Assembly (NCBI GenBank): GCA_031422435.1
Contig: JANPLU010000070.1
Location: forward strand, 1-26,377
From: Acaryochloridaceae cyanobacterium VAR_48_metabat_390
Lineage (GTDB): Bacteria > Cyanobacteriota > Cyanobacteriia > Thermosynechococcales > Thermosynechococcaceae
Direction of reading: 5' to 3'
Length of the DNA: 26,377 nt
Shown here: piece after piece, positions 17,557-26,377 of the stretch
Layout of the letters: each line of letters begins with the position of its first letter
Numbering within the stretch: the stretch's first letter is position 1
The notes under the pieces: model-generated
The model's database searches: none
Told to the model about the DNA's origin: nothing
What the model saw: only the letters and a program-made list of their open reading frames with translations
Translations under genes and position numbers: made by a program

Positions 17557-20202
17557 ATGACCTTTTCCCAGGAGCTGCCCCAAGAGCGAATTATCCCCAT
17601 TGATTTACGGGATGAGATGTCTCGCTCCTACTTGGAATATGCCATGAGCGTGATCGTGGGTCGGGCGCTCCCCGATGCGCGAGATGGCCTAAAGCCCGTG
17701 CATCGCCGCATTCTTTATGCGATGCATGAACTGGGCTTAAGCCCCGACCGCCCTTTCCGTAAGTGCGCCCGCGTGGTGGGGGACGTGATTGGTAAATATC
17801 ACCCCCACGGCGATTCTGCGGTTTACGAAGCCTTGGTGCGGATGGCGCAAGACTTTTCAATGCGGATCCCGCTCATTAACGGTCACGGCAACTTTGGATC
17901 TGTCGATAATGACCCTCCGGCGGCAATGCGGTACACCGAGTGTCGACTTCAGGCACTGACGGCAGATGCGCTCTTGCAGGACATTGAGCAAGAAACCGTT
18001 GATTTTAGCGACAACTACGACGGTTCGCAGCAAGAGCCGACCGTGATGCCGTCCCGTATCCCTCAGCTTTTGCTGAATGGGTCATCTGGGATTGCGGTGG
18101 GGATGGCGACCAATATCCCGCCCCACAACTTAGGGGAAATTGTGGATGGGCTGATTGCTCTGATTCATGACCCCGACATTACTGACACTGGACTGATGCA
18201 GTATGTCCACGGCCCTGATTTCCCCACGGGGGGTCAGATTCTGGGCACCAGCGGCATTCGGGAAGCCTTCACCACGGGGCGCGGTTCGATTACGATGCGC
18301 GGGGTTGCCTCTATCGAAACCCTGGAGCAAAAAGGTCGCCAAGATCGCGAAGCCATCATCATTACGGAGCTGCCCTACCAGACCAATAAGGCCGCGCTGA
18401 TTGAGCGCATCGCTGAGATGGTGAACGAGAAGCGCCTCGAAGGGATCTCGGATATTCGGGATGAGAGCGATCGCGATGGCATGCGGATCGTGATCGAACT
18501 CAAGCGAGACGCTTACCCCCAGGTGGTACTCAACAACCTGTACAAACAGACGCCGCTCCAAAATAACTTTGGTGCAAATATGCTGGCGCTCGTCAACGGC
18601 GAACCGCAGCTTTTGAGCCTCAAGCGATTCTTGAGCGTCTTTTTGGAATTTCGTGAAGAATGCATTACGCGGCGCACGCAGTATCAGCTTCGTAAGGCAC
18701 AAGAGCGGGATCATCTTTTGCAGGGGTTACTCATTGCCCTAGAGAATCTCGATCCGGTCATTCACCTGATTCGGGGGGCGGCAGATGCGGCGATCGCCAA
18801 GCAAGGCTTAGTAGAGCAGTTTGGCCTCTCAGAAGTGCAGGCTGACGCCATTTTACAAATGCAGCTTCGGCGGTTGACCGCCCTAGAAGCCGAAAAAATT
18901 CACAGAGAGCATGATGATCTCCAGATTCAAATTACAGATCTTCTCGATATCTTGAACCGTCGGGAGCGGATTCTAGAGATTATTGAACGGGAAGTGATCC
19001 AGATTAAGGAGAAATTTGCGTCTCCTCGGCGCTCCATTATTGAAAAAGCGGAAGGCGAAATTGGCGATATTGACCTGATCGCCAACGAGCAGTCTGTAAT
19101 TCTGGTCACGGAGCAGGGCTACATCAAACGAATGCCCGTCAGCACCTTTGAAGCCCAAAGCCGCGCTACACGGGGTCGCGCAGGGGCGCGCATCAAAGAA
19201 GATGATGCCGTCGAGCATTTCTTTGCCTGTAACGACCACGACACCATTTTGTTCTTTAGCGATCGCGGCGTAGTCTTTGGCATCCGCGCCTATCAGATCC
19301 CGTTTGGGTCGAGGGCGGCGCGGGGCGCACCCGTCGTCCAGCTTTTGCCCATTAGCCGCGAAGAAAAAGTTACCTCCGTGATGCCCGTCAGCGAATTTAG
19401 CGAAGACGAGTATTTGGTGATGATGACCAATCTCGGGTTCATCAAAAAAACCTCTCTAGCCGCCTTTAGCAACATCCGCTCCAACGGACTCATCGCCATT
19501 TCTCTCGAAGAAGGCGATCAGCTCCGCTGGGTGCGTCGCGCCCGTGCCGAAGACAGCATCATCATCGGGTCACAGCGCGGCATGGCGATTCACTTTAGAG
19601 CCGACAACCAGCAGTTGCGGCCTTTAGGACGCGCCACACGCGGCGTGAGAGCCATGAGCCTCCGCGCTGGCGATGTGCTAATTGGGATGGATATTTTGCC
19701 AGGACTCATCACCGCTAGCCTCGAAGAGCAGGGCGACGAAGAGACCGATCTCGATCTTGTGGTGGATGAATCTTCTGCCGAGGCCGTCATCGAAGAACCG
19801 ACCGCTCAAGGGCCGTGGGTATTGGTCATCACTACTCATGGTTTTGGTAAGCGGGTGCCCGTTTCTCAGTTCCGTCTGCAAAATCGCGCGGGTAAGGGCT
19901 TGACCTCAACCAAGTTCAAAACCACTCAGCCCCCCGATCAGGTAATGGCGCTGCGCATCGTCAACCCTGATGAAGAGCTAATGCTCGTAACCACGCGCGG
20001 CATTATTATCCGTCAGGCCATCAACGCGATTTCCTCTCAGTCTCGTGCCGCCACGGGCGTTAAAGTGCAGCGACTGGACGAAGATGATGCGATCGCCGCA
20101 GTTGCCGTTGTCCCCGCTTCAGAAATCTCTGAGGAAGAGGAAATTGTTGATGACGCGGTGCTTGATGAGATCGCAACTGAAAATACTGAGTTGGCAGAAT
20201 AA
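17557..20202 (+). CDS. gyrA: DNA gyrase subunit A
   Basis: [23 protein letters not shown], catalytic AAMRYTE, GyrA-box-like QSRATRG, pinwheel repeats, acidic tail; ATG at 17557 with GGAG upstream. Confidence 0.96.
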   Translation: MTFSQELPQERIIPIDLRDEMSRSYLEYAMSVIVGRALPDARDGLKPVHRRILYAMHELGLSPDRPFRKCARVVGDVIGKYHPHGDSAVYEALVRMAQDFSMRIPLINGHGNFGSVDNDPPAAMRYTECRLQALTADALLQDIEQETVDFSDNYDGSQQEPTVMPSRIPQLLLNGSSGIAVGMATNIPPHNLGEIVDGLIALIHDPDITDTGLMQYVHGPDFPTGGQILGTSGIREAFTTGRGSITMRGVASIETLEQKGRQDREAIIITELPYQTNKAALIERIAEMVNEKRLEGISDIRDESDRDGMRIVIELKRDAYPQVVLNNLYKQTPLQNNFGANMLALVNGEPQLLSLKRFLSVFLEFREECITRRTQYQLRKAQERDHLLQGLLIALENLDPVIHLIRGAADAAIAKQGLVEQFGLSEVQADAILQMQLRRLTALEAEKIHREHDDLQIQITDLLDILNRRERILEIIEREVIQIKEKFASPRRSIIEKAEGEIGDIDLIANEQSVILVTEQGYIKRMPVSTFEAQSRATRGRAGARIKEDDAVEHFFACNDHDTILFFSDRGVVFGIRAYQIPFGSRAARGAPVVQLLPISREEKVTSVMPVSEFSEDEYLVMMTNLGFIKKTSLAAFSNIRSNGLIAISLEEGDQLRWVRRARAEDSIIIGSQRGMAIHFRADNQQLRPLGRATRGVRAMSLRAGDVLIGMDILPGLITASLEEQGDEETDLDLVVDESSAEAVIEEPTAQGPWVLVITTHGFGKRVPVSQFRLQNRAGKGLTSTKFKTTQPPDQVMALRIVNPDEELMLVTTRGIIIRQAINAISSQSRAATGVKVQRLDEDDAIAAVAVVPASEISEEEEIVDDAVLDEIATENTELAE

Positions 20203-20276
20203 CGGTTGGTGCTGAGCCGCTTTCTTTTCAGAGCGTTCTGAATTAAGTTCGCCGATTCAAATCTAAAGTGTCTCAA

Positions 20277-20354
20277 AGCGCTGATGCTCGGCATCAGCGC
20301 TACTTAATATAAATTTTTATAAACTAATGCTGCCCTGAAATAGGGCAGCATTAG
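20277..20354 (+). terminator. Two tandem hairpins downstream of gyrA
   Basis: 11-bp inverted repeat 20277-20287 / 20291-20301 and 13-bp inverted repeat 20324-20336 / 20342-20354; weak U-tails. Confidence 0.6.
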
Positions 20355-20584
20355 CTTCTGCTGATCAGGCAAAGAAGAGCCTTTTTAAGGCTGACGCTTA
20401 CTGAAAAAGGTGCTGCATTCTGGGTTTAACAGTCAGAAATTGGCTTTTTGGTAAGCCTTTGAAGCGTTATTCAAAGCTGGACTCCTTTTCTTTGTTGATG
20501 GTTTAAGACGCGCCATAATTTTCTCTGAAGGAAGAGTAAGATGAGGTGCTTAACCTGGGAATAATATCTACCCTTTCGCAAAGG

Positions 20585-20627
20585 GTAGCCAGGAATACAA
20601 AAACATGTTTTTCATCTTTGCTCTAAT
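20585..20627 (+). promoter_or_regulatory. NtcA box and class II-type promoter of amt
   Basis: GTAgccaggaaTACA (GTA-N8-TAC, 20585-20598) followed 23 nt later by TCTAAT preceded by TGn; amt genes are established NtcA targets. Confidence 0.75.
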
Positions 20628-20690
20628 GCCTTAGTTAAGAGAGACTTAACTGCAATCTTAAAATCCTTCAGAAAAAGAGGAACTGAGACC

Positions 20691-22136
20691 GTGTATCGAC
20701 GACTGCTGGCTGTGGGGTTAACTGCCCCTGCTTTGTTGCTTCTTCCCCTCTCAAGTATGGCTTGGGCGGCAGATGCCCCCCCTGCCGCCGATACTGGGGA
20801 TACCGCATTTATCCTCATTAGTGCAGCGCTTGTCTTGCTGATGACTCCAGGGCTTGCCTACTTTTATGGTGGTTTTGTCCGCTCCCGCAACATTCTCAAC
20901 ACGTTGATGATGAGTTTTGTGCTGATGGGGATTGTGGGCGTGACGTGGGTGCTGTGGGGCTACAGCTTAGCATTTGCCCCTGGCACAAGTTTTATTGGCG
21001 GTTTGCAGTGGCTTGGGCTAAATAATGTCACCGCCAATGCAGGCTACTACATTCCCAAAGATGCGATCGCCGCAATTGGGAATGTCGGCGCACTTTTTGT
21101 AGACGCCACTAAGGGTTCACCAACGGAAGGATTTGGCTCTTACTCCCCCACGATTCCGCATTCTGCCTTCATGATTTATCAGGCCATGTTTGCGATTATC
21201 ACTCCGGCTCTGATGTCTGGGGCGATCGCAGAGCGGGTTAGCTTCAAAGCCTATTTTTGGTTTGTGCTACTCTGGTCAACCTTCATTTATAGTCCTCTTG
21301 CTCACATGGTGTGGGGCGTGGGCGGCTTCCTAGGACTCAATGGTGGGTTAGGGGGACTTGATTTTGCGGGTGGCACAGTTGTTCACATTAGCTCAGGGGT
21401 TTCTGCCCTTGTTGCCGCTTGGGTGATTGGTCCACGTAAAACCTTTCCAAATCAACTCAAGCCTCCTCACAATGTGCCATTTATTTTATTGGGGGCAGGG
21501 CTACTCTGGTTTGGCTGGTTTGGTTTCAATGCTGGAAGTGCGCTGGCGTCTGGTTCCCTCGCGACAGTCGCCTTTGTAAATACCAATACAGCAGCAGCAA
21601 CGGGCGCGCTGGTCTGGATTATCTTAGAGTGGGTTCTGAGAGGCAAGCCTACGGCAGTCGGCATTGCGACAGGTGCCGTTGCAGGTCTAGTGGCTATTAC
21701 CCCTGCGGCTGGGTTTGTGACTCCCTTAGGCGCGATTTTGGTGGGTGCTCTCACCACAACTGCCTGTTTCTTTGCGGTTAGCCTAAAGTCCAAGTTAAAG
21801 TTTGACGATTCTTTGGATACGTTCCCCGTTCATGGGGTTGGGGGAACGGTTGGTGCCATTCTCACTGGGGTTTTTGCAACAAAGCTTGTCAATGCAGGGG
21901 GAGCCAATGGTTTACTGTTTGGCGAAACGGGGCAGCTTTTTGTGGGAAATGATCCGTCTCAATTGGTCAAACAGATTGAGGGTGTTGTGTTTACCTACGT
22001 TTTTGCAGCGATCGGCACTTTCATTATTCTGAAGGTTTTAGACGCAACCATTGGGTTGCGCGTTACCCATGAGCAAGAGATTCAGGGACTTGACATTAAC
22101 GAGCATGGAGAAGAAGGCTATAACGATCTAGCGTAA
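20691..22136 (+). CDS. amt: Ammonium transporter (Amt family)
   Basis: Signal-like N-terminus, LVLLMTPGLA.FYGG, FAIITPAL, DFAGGTVVH, WFGWFGFNAGS, GLVAITP, DDSLD.F.VHG (both pore histidines present), GLD..EHGE; GTG start with GAGG RBS. Confidence 0.97.
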   Translation: MYRRLLAVGLTAPALLLLPLSSMAWAADAPPAADTGDTAFILISAALVLLMTPGLAYFYGGFVRSRNILNTLMMSFVLMGIVGVTWVLWGYSLAFAPGTSFIGGLQWLGLNNVTANAGYYIPKDAIAAIGNVGALFVDATKGSPTEGFGSYSPTIPHSAFMIYQAMFAIITPALMSGAIAERVSFKAYFWFVLLWSTFIYSPLAHMVWGVGGFLGLNGGLGGLDFAGGTVVHISSGVSALVAAWVIGPRKTFPNQLKPPHNVPFILLGAGLLWFGWFGFNAGSALASGSLATVAFVNTNTAAATGALVWIILEWVLRGKPTAVGIATGAVAGLVAITPAAGFVTPLGAILVGALTTTACFFAVSLKSKLKFDDSLDTFPVHGVGGTVGAILTGVFATKLVNAGGANGLLFGETGQLFVGNDPSQLVKQIEGVVFTYVFAAIGTFIILKVLDATIGLRVTHEQEIQGLDINEHGEEGYNDLA

Positions 22137-22183
22137 AAATTAAACGAAGGTTCTGCTTCTAAAAACGTTCTTCTCAAATAAAA

Positions 22184-22237
22184 GTTCACAAGCAAAGAGG
22201 GTGCCGTAAAATTACGGCACCCTCTTTGCTTGTGAAC
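22184..22237. terminator. 26-bp perfect inverted repeat between convergent genes, probable bidirectional terminator
   Basis: GTTCACAAGCAAAGAGGGTGCCGTAA-aa-TTACGGCACCCTCTTTGCTTGTGAAC. Confidence 0.8.
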
Positions 22238-22245
22238 GAACGCTA

Positions 22246-24015
22246 TCAGGGCAGAAGATGAACCAGAGTATAAACGCCAGATTGAGCTAAGGTTTGATAC
22301 TGCTGTGGCGTTAGACTTGTCTCCGCCAGGAGTTTAGGAGTTGTAATGATGAAAGGATCGGGATGAGGCATTTCTTGTAAGCGTGATGCAAGCTGGCTCG
22401 GCAGCTCTATGTATTCAACATGCTGCTGAGTGTAGTAGACCAAACTGGGTTTACGAAAGCCAATCATAATAATGGGTTGCTGAGTGCCAAGCTGCTGAGC
22501 CGTAACTGCCGCCTTAGCTAATTCACGGAGCGGAAACTGACGCGCCTGGTCAACAATGGCAACCGCTGGGTGCAGCACCACGCTGATAAAGAGAAGAAAT
22601 GCGATCACATTTACCAGCCATAGCCCATTGCTGCGCCACAGGATGCACAGTATCGCCGCCACAGCAGCCATAGCCCACAGCACCCCGCCATAGAGCGGAA
22701 TGTTAGCCTCAGCAATTTTGTCACCTAGCGTAGGCATCCAAGGGTCTTGGGTCAGCCACGGCGCACAGGAAAATAATGCCCAAGACAACCCACCCATGAG
22801 CGCTACGTTAAACCATCGGCTTAAACTCCAGCGTTGAGGGGCGTGAGTAGAACGTTCTAAAATGGCATCTGTCCACAATAGACTGACCAAGATAGCGGCA
22901 GCAGGCATAAGGGGCAGCGTATAGCTGAAGTATTTTGTGACTGAGACTGTGAAAAACAGCAAAATGACGGCAAACCAGATGGCTGCGTATAGCCCTAGCT
23001 GCGCTGAACGCGATCGCCCCTGCCACTGTCTCCGTCGCCAAGGTTGGGTTTGATACAGCGCCACAGGTAGGTAGGCAGACCACGGTAAAAAACCAGCCAA
23101 AATTACGGCAAAGTGAAAATACCAAGGTCCCGAATGCTGATTCACCACGCTCGAAAAGCGCACAAGGTTGTGATATCCAAAAAAGGAACCAATAAACGCT
23201 TCTCCGTTTGCCAGCGTCACCAAAATGTACCAGGGAAGCGCCAATACCAAAATGAGTAACACGCCGCGTAAAAGCTGCATTTCGCGGATGACCTGCCGCA
23301 GATTACCCAGATATAGGGTAAACCCTCCCAAGATAGCCGCAGGTAGCACAATGGCGATCGGCCCTTTGGTTAACACCGCTAACGCTGTCACAACATAAAA
23401 AGCGCCGTACCAGCGTCGCTGAATCTGAGGGCTATCGACTTGGGCATAACCCATGAAAAAGGTCAGTAGGGATCCACCCATACAGGCCGTAAGTAACATA
23501 TCGGCGTATCCGGTTCGACCCCAAAAGTAGGTGTTGAGGTTCAGCATTAGCATGGTTGCAGCCAGCCAAGCTGCCAAACTGCTCCGGCGCGGCTGAAGCA
23601 GTTTGGCAGCTTCAGGCTTCAGCCCTGGGCTATGCTGTCGCAGCACATAAAAGCAAAGCAAGACGGTACCCAATGCCGCCAATGCTGAGGGCATTCTTGC
23701 CGCCCATTCGCTCACGCCAAATGCCTTAAAGCACAGCACCATCAGCCAATAAATCAGCGGCGGCTTATCAAAACGGGTTTCGCCGTCAAAGTAGGGTGTA
23801 ATCCAGTCCCCTGTGACCAGCATTTGGCGTGAGGCTTCAACAAACAGCGGCTCTGTCTCATCAATAAGTCCAATATCTCCAATGCCCCAGAACAACGTAA
23901 TGAGGGCGATCGCCAGAATCCATCCCAACAAAATTATCAATTGCGTGCGCGGCTGAAGGGATTTTTCTAATCTGGAAACCCAGTGGGGCATGATTGACCT
24001 CTGACAAGTTGACAT
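22246..24015 (-). CDS. ArnT/PMT-like GT-C membrane glycosyltransferase (GT83/GT39-type)
   Basis: DETEPLFVEASRQM..GDW.TP, RFDKPPL.YW, EWAAR.PSA, LTKGP, PWY, many TM helices; start may be at 23991. Confidence 0.9.
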   Translation of the reverse strand: MSTCQRSIMPHWVSRLEKSLQPRTQLIILLGWILAIALITLFWGIGDIGLIDETEPLFVEASRQMLVTGDWITPYFDGETRFDKPPLIYWLMVLCFKAFGVSEWAARMPSALAALGTVLLCFYVLRQHSPGLKPEAAKLLQPRRSSLAAWLAATMLMLNLNTYFWGRTGYADMLLTACMGGSLLTFFMGYAQVDSPQIQRRWYGAFYVVTALAVLTKGPIAIVLPAAILGGFTLYLGNLRQVIREMQLLRGVLLILVLALPWYILVTLANGEAFIGSFFGYHNLVRFSSVVNQHSGPWYFHFAVILAGFLPWSAYLPVALYQTQPWRRRQWQGRSRSAQLGLYAAIWFAVILLFFTVSVTKYFSYTLPLMPAAAILVSLLWTDAILERSTHAPQRWSLSRWFNVALMGGLSWALFSCAPWLTQDPWMPTLGDKIAEANIPLYGGVLWAMAAVAAILCILWRSNGLWLVNVIAFLLFISVVLHPAVAIVDQARQFPLRELAKAAVTAQQLGTQQPIIMIGFRKPSLVYYTQQHVEYIELPSQLASRLQEMPHPDPFIITTPKLLAETSLTPQQYQTLAQSGVYTLVHLLP

Positions 24016-24256
24016 AACCGAATGACATCATCGCGTAACATAAACGCTCGTCTGCCATTCTGCCCTATTCAGGAACTCCTAACCCAACAAATTCTTTGGA
24101 AACATTTCGAGCCTAAAGTGGTCAATAGATTTAGCATCTAAAGCAGTTTAGATTTGCCTAAGAGTCAGTCACTACGCAGGTTTGTGTGGGTGGATGAGTT
24201 CGTGGGCAGGTTAATGCTGTCTGCTCATTTTTCCTCACATTGAATAAGGACACACC

Positions 24257-25030
24257 ATGAAAAGCCAAAGAATTTTTGGATCGATCGCGGCATTGGGGCT
24301 TGCGGTGAGCGGTATCACTTCAGTTATGACAATTGGGGCCCCTAAGGCGCTCGCTGATGACAACTGGATTTTTTCAAAGGATCGTCCTGTCTGGAACCAA
24401 CGCTGTGATCGCAACTGGGACAGTGAATACTGCAATCCTAAAATCAACCCCGGTAGCAATGGACAATGGTCAAATCAAGGGCAGTGGCAGAACCAAGATA
24501 AATTCTTCGGGTATCGTTTGTCTGCTGGAACGACTATCTTGGCTTATCCAGAGCGTCGTCAACGGATTGTGCTGCGTCGCTCAGAACGCTACCCCCTAAC
24601 GCTCGTGGTGAGTGAAGATGTCGGCGGCGGCGGCGGCGCTTGGCGTTTTCGCAACAGTCGCGCTGTGTTGCCACGAGGCAGTCAGATTGAAGGGGCGCTA
24701 GTGCCCACGCAGAATGGCTATCGTTTTGAATCGAGTCGGGTACGTTTACCCAATGGAAGGCGTGAGCAGATCTGGGCTATTTCTAACACTATTAGACCCA
24801 ATAACTCCTTTGATCGCTATGACCGCAATTCAGATGGGGTTTCCAGTGAGGCACAACGTATCTTGAACGCAATTATTTTCGGCCGAGCTAATACTTCTGG
24901 CTCAATCTATTCTGGCGATATCTTTGCAAGATATCCTAACTCCCGTCGTGATTTAGTCGTCATTTATCCTGATCAGACCCTTAAGTTGACGTTGACGCGT
25001 GAATTTGTAAGAGATCAGCGCAATTTCTAG
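24257..25030 (+). CDS. Secreted hypothetical protein with a beta-rich domain
   Basis: Sec signal ending ALA-DD, AAGGA RBS; LSAGTTI..YPLTLVVSEDV..LPRGSQIEG.L.P..G.RF and LVVI.PD..L.LTL recall, from memory, the C-terminal domain of cyanobacterial SLH/'TrbI-like' proteins. Confidence 0.75.
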   Translation: MKSQRIFGSIAALGLAVSGITSVMTIGAPKALADDNWIFSKDRPVWNQRCDRNWDSEYCNPKINPGSNGQWSNQGQWQNQDKFFGYRLSAGTTILAYPERRQRIVLRRSERYPLTLVVSEDVGGGGGAWRFRNSRAVLPRGSQIEGALVPTQNGYRFESSRVRLPNGRREQIWAISNTIRPNNSFDRYDRNSDGVSSEAQRILNAIIFGRANTSGSIYSGDIFARYPNSRRDLVVIYPDQTLKLTLTREFVRDQRNF

Positions 25031-25215
25031 CGGGTTTTGCCAAAACTTGGCAATATATTGCAACTGTTTTAAAAACTGTTGATTTAGCTGTAGCTCATTC
25101 CCTGTATGGGTTTGAGCTACTTTTTTATAATGGTAATCCCACATTGAGTAAATTAAGCCTATTGACTCTTGAAATGCTTGCGATACAATCCTCATAAAGG
25201 TTTCGAGGAGTTTTT

Positions 25216-25548
25216 ATGAACAAAGGTGAATTAGTTGATGCGATCGCTGCGAAGGCAGACGTCACCAAAAAAGAAGCGGATGCAATTGTAAGTGCCGCCT
25301 TAGAAGTGATTACTGACGCCGTCAGCGAAGGCAACAAAGTCACATTGGTAGGGTTTGGCAGCTTTGAGAAGCGTCATCGTAAGGCACGGGAAGGTCGTAA
25401 CCCTAAAACGGGCGAAACCATGACCATTGCGGCAACCAGCGTTCCTGCCTTTAGCGCAGGTAAGTTATTCAAAGAAAAAGTATCTGGGGATAAGGCAAAG
25501 CCAACAGCAGCGGCAGCACCAGCCGCTAAAGGGAAAGCGAAAAAATAG
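25216..25548 (+). CDS. hup: DNA-binding protein HU with a 20-aa Lys/Ala-rich tail
   Basis: MNKGELVDAIA, VTLVGFGSF, REGRNPKTGE, VPAFSAGKLFKEKV; GAGGAG RBS. Confidence 0.96.
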   Translation: MNKGELVDAIAAKADVTKKEADAIVSAALEVITDAVSEGNKVTLVGFGSFEKRHRKAREGRNPKTGETMTIAATSVPAFSAGKLFKEKVSGDKAKPTAAAAPAAKGKAKK

Positions 25549-25620
25549 CCAATAGCGCGATTGCTCGTTCTTTTAATCGTAGCAATCGCGACTGAGTGGT
25601 AAGTCGGCTTTTGACTTTAA

Positions 25621-26377
25621 TTAAACAGGTAAACCTGTACGGGGCTTATAGCTTTCAATTTGGCGAAGCTTCTCGTACAGGTCTTTTTCTTGAGGACTAA
25701 CGCTGCGAGGCACATCAATGCGAATCTGCACGAGCTGATCACCTCGACTCCCATCTGCCCCAGGGTACCCTTTCCCGCCCAAGCGCAGCCGTTGTCCAGA
25801 GCGTACCCCAACGGGCAACGTCATCTTTACCCATCCATCCAGGGTGGGTGCTTCAATTTGACCGCCTAAAATTGCCTCACAGGGCGTAATGGGCAGCTCA
25901 CAAATAATGTCAGTCCCCTCAACCTTAAAGAATTCATGGGGCAGAACCTCAATCTTGAGATAGAGATCTCCACCTGCTGTACCTTGGCCTTTGAGCCGGA
26001 TGCGCTGACCGCTCACCATCGCCGTCGGCATATTAACCTCCAGCGATCGCCCATCTTCAAGCCGAATCCGCTCTCGTCCACCTGCGTAGGCTTTCTCTAG
26101 GGAAATCACTAGCCGTGCTTCAGCATCCCGTCGCCCTCGGGCATCTGCTGCGGGAGCTTTTGCTGCTGTACCTGCACGAGAGGGTTCCGGAGAGCGCCCA
26201 GCGCGAGTATTCGCGTTACTGCCGCTGGCTTTTTGACGGCGACCCATTAACTGATCGACAAATTCTTGAAAGTCTGCGTACTTACTAAAATCCACGTCCT
26301 CAGAGACAGCAGCAGAGGTTTTAGTGCGCTCTCCCCAGCTCTGGGGGCGAGCGGCGGCGGGGGCCTCATTTTTAAAG
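25621..26377 (-). CDS. DnaJ/CbpA-like co-chaperone, C-terminal part (5' end outside the window)
   Basis: ISLEKAYAGG, GQRIRLKGQG..GGDLYL, EAILGGQIEAPTLDG, LRLGGKGYP..RGDQLV; frame stays open from 26295 to the window edge. Confidence 0.9.
   Translation of the reverse strand, partial: FKNEAPAAARPQSWGERTKTSAAVSEDVDFSKYADFQEFVDQLMGRRQKASGSNANTRAGRSPEPSRAGTAAKAPAADARGRRDAEARLVISLEKAYAGGRERIRLEDGRSLEVNMPTAMVSGQRIRLKGQGTAGGDLYLKIEVLPHEFFKVEGTDIICELPITPCEAILGGQIEAPTLDGWVKMTLPVGVRSGQRLRLGGKGYPGADGSRGDQLVQIRIDVPRSVSPQEKDLYEKLRQIESYKPRTGLPV

Larger units (their letters stand above)
4619..26050. repeat. HIP1 octamer GCGATCGC, dispersed
   Basis: About 30 copies by eye (e.g. 4619, 5393, 7981, 9763, 16010, 25240, 26043); none seen before 4619. 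Confidence 0.9.

Noticed and set aside
19700..19815. Acidic insertion in the GyrA C-terminal domain and QSRATRG GyrA box
   Set aside because: To my knowledge typical of cyanobacterial GyrA; no intein signatures.
17591..20294. Multiple antisense ORFs within gyrA (similar ones in secD, amt and the kinase)
   Set aside because: Shadow ORFs expected from codon bias in conserved genes.
16420..25548. Functional link between HDAC and the Lys-rich HU tail
   Set aside because: About 8 kb apart with unrelated genes between; only a thematic association.

Overview
Cyanobacterial chromosomal window: about 30 HIP1 octamers (GCGATCGC, counted by eye), psaD, and an NtcA box upstream of amt. The first ~2.5 kb is an AT-rich, HIP1-free stretch of a polysaccharide cluster (Wzx-type flippase, GT2-like transferase), bordered by DUF29 and a multiply disrupted Uma2 pseudogene. 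The rest is mostly core genome: psaD, an orphan DICT-GAF histidine kinase divergent from a MEKHLA protein, GT4, an MBL-fold protein divergent from a site-2-protease homologue, pdhB-secD-secF, HDAC, gyrA, amt, an ArnT-like transferase, a secreted protein, HU and a partial DnaJ/CbpA. Most interesting: (1) an M23 peptidase with a complete tandem MshEN c-di-GMP-binding motif ahead of a membrane anchor; (2) a site-2 protease homologue whose HExxH is replaced by RELSY, next to an MBL-fold protein that also lacks metal ligands; (3) a small RHH plus 2-TM gene pair at the 3' end of the MEKHLA gene. All calls come from motif recognition by eye; no searches were run. No tRNA, rRNA, CRISPR array or transposase was seen.
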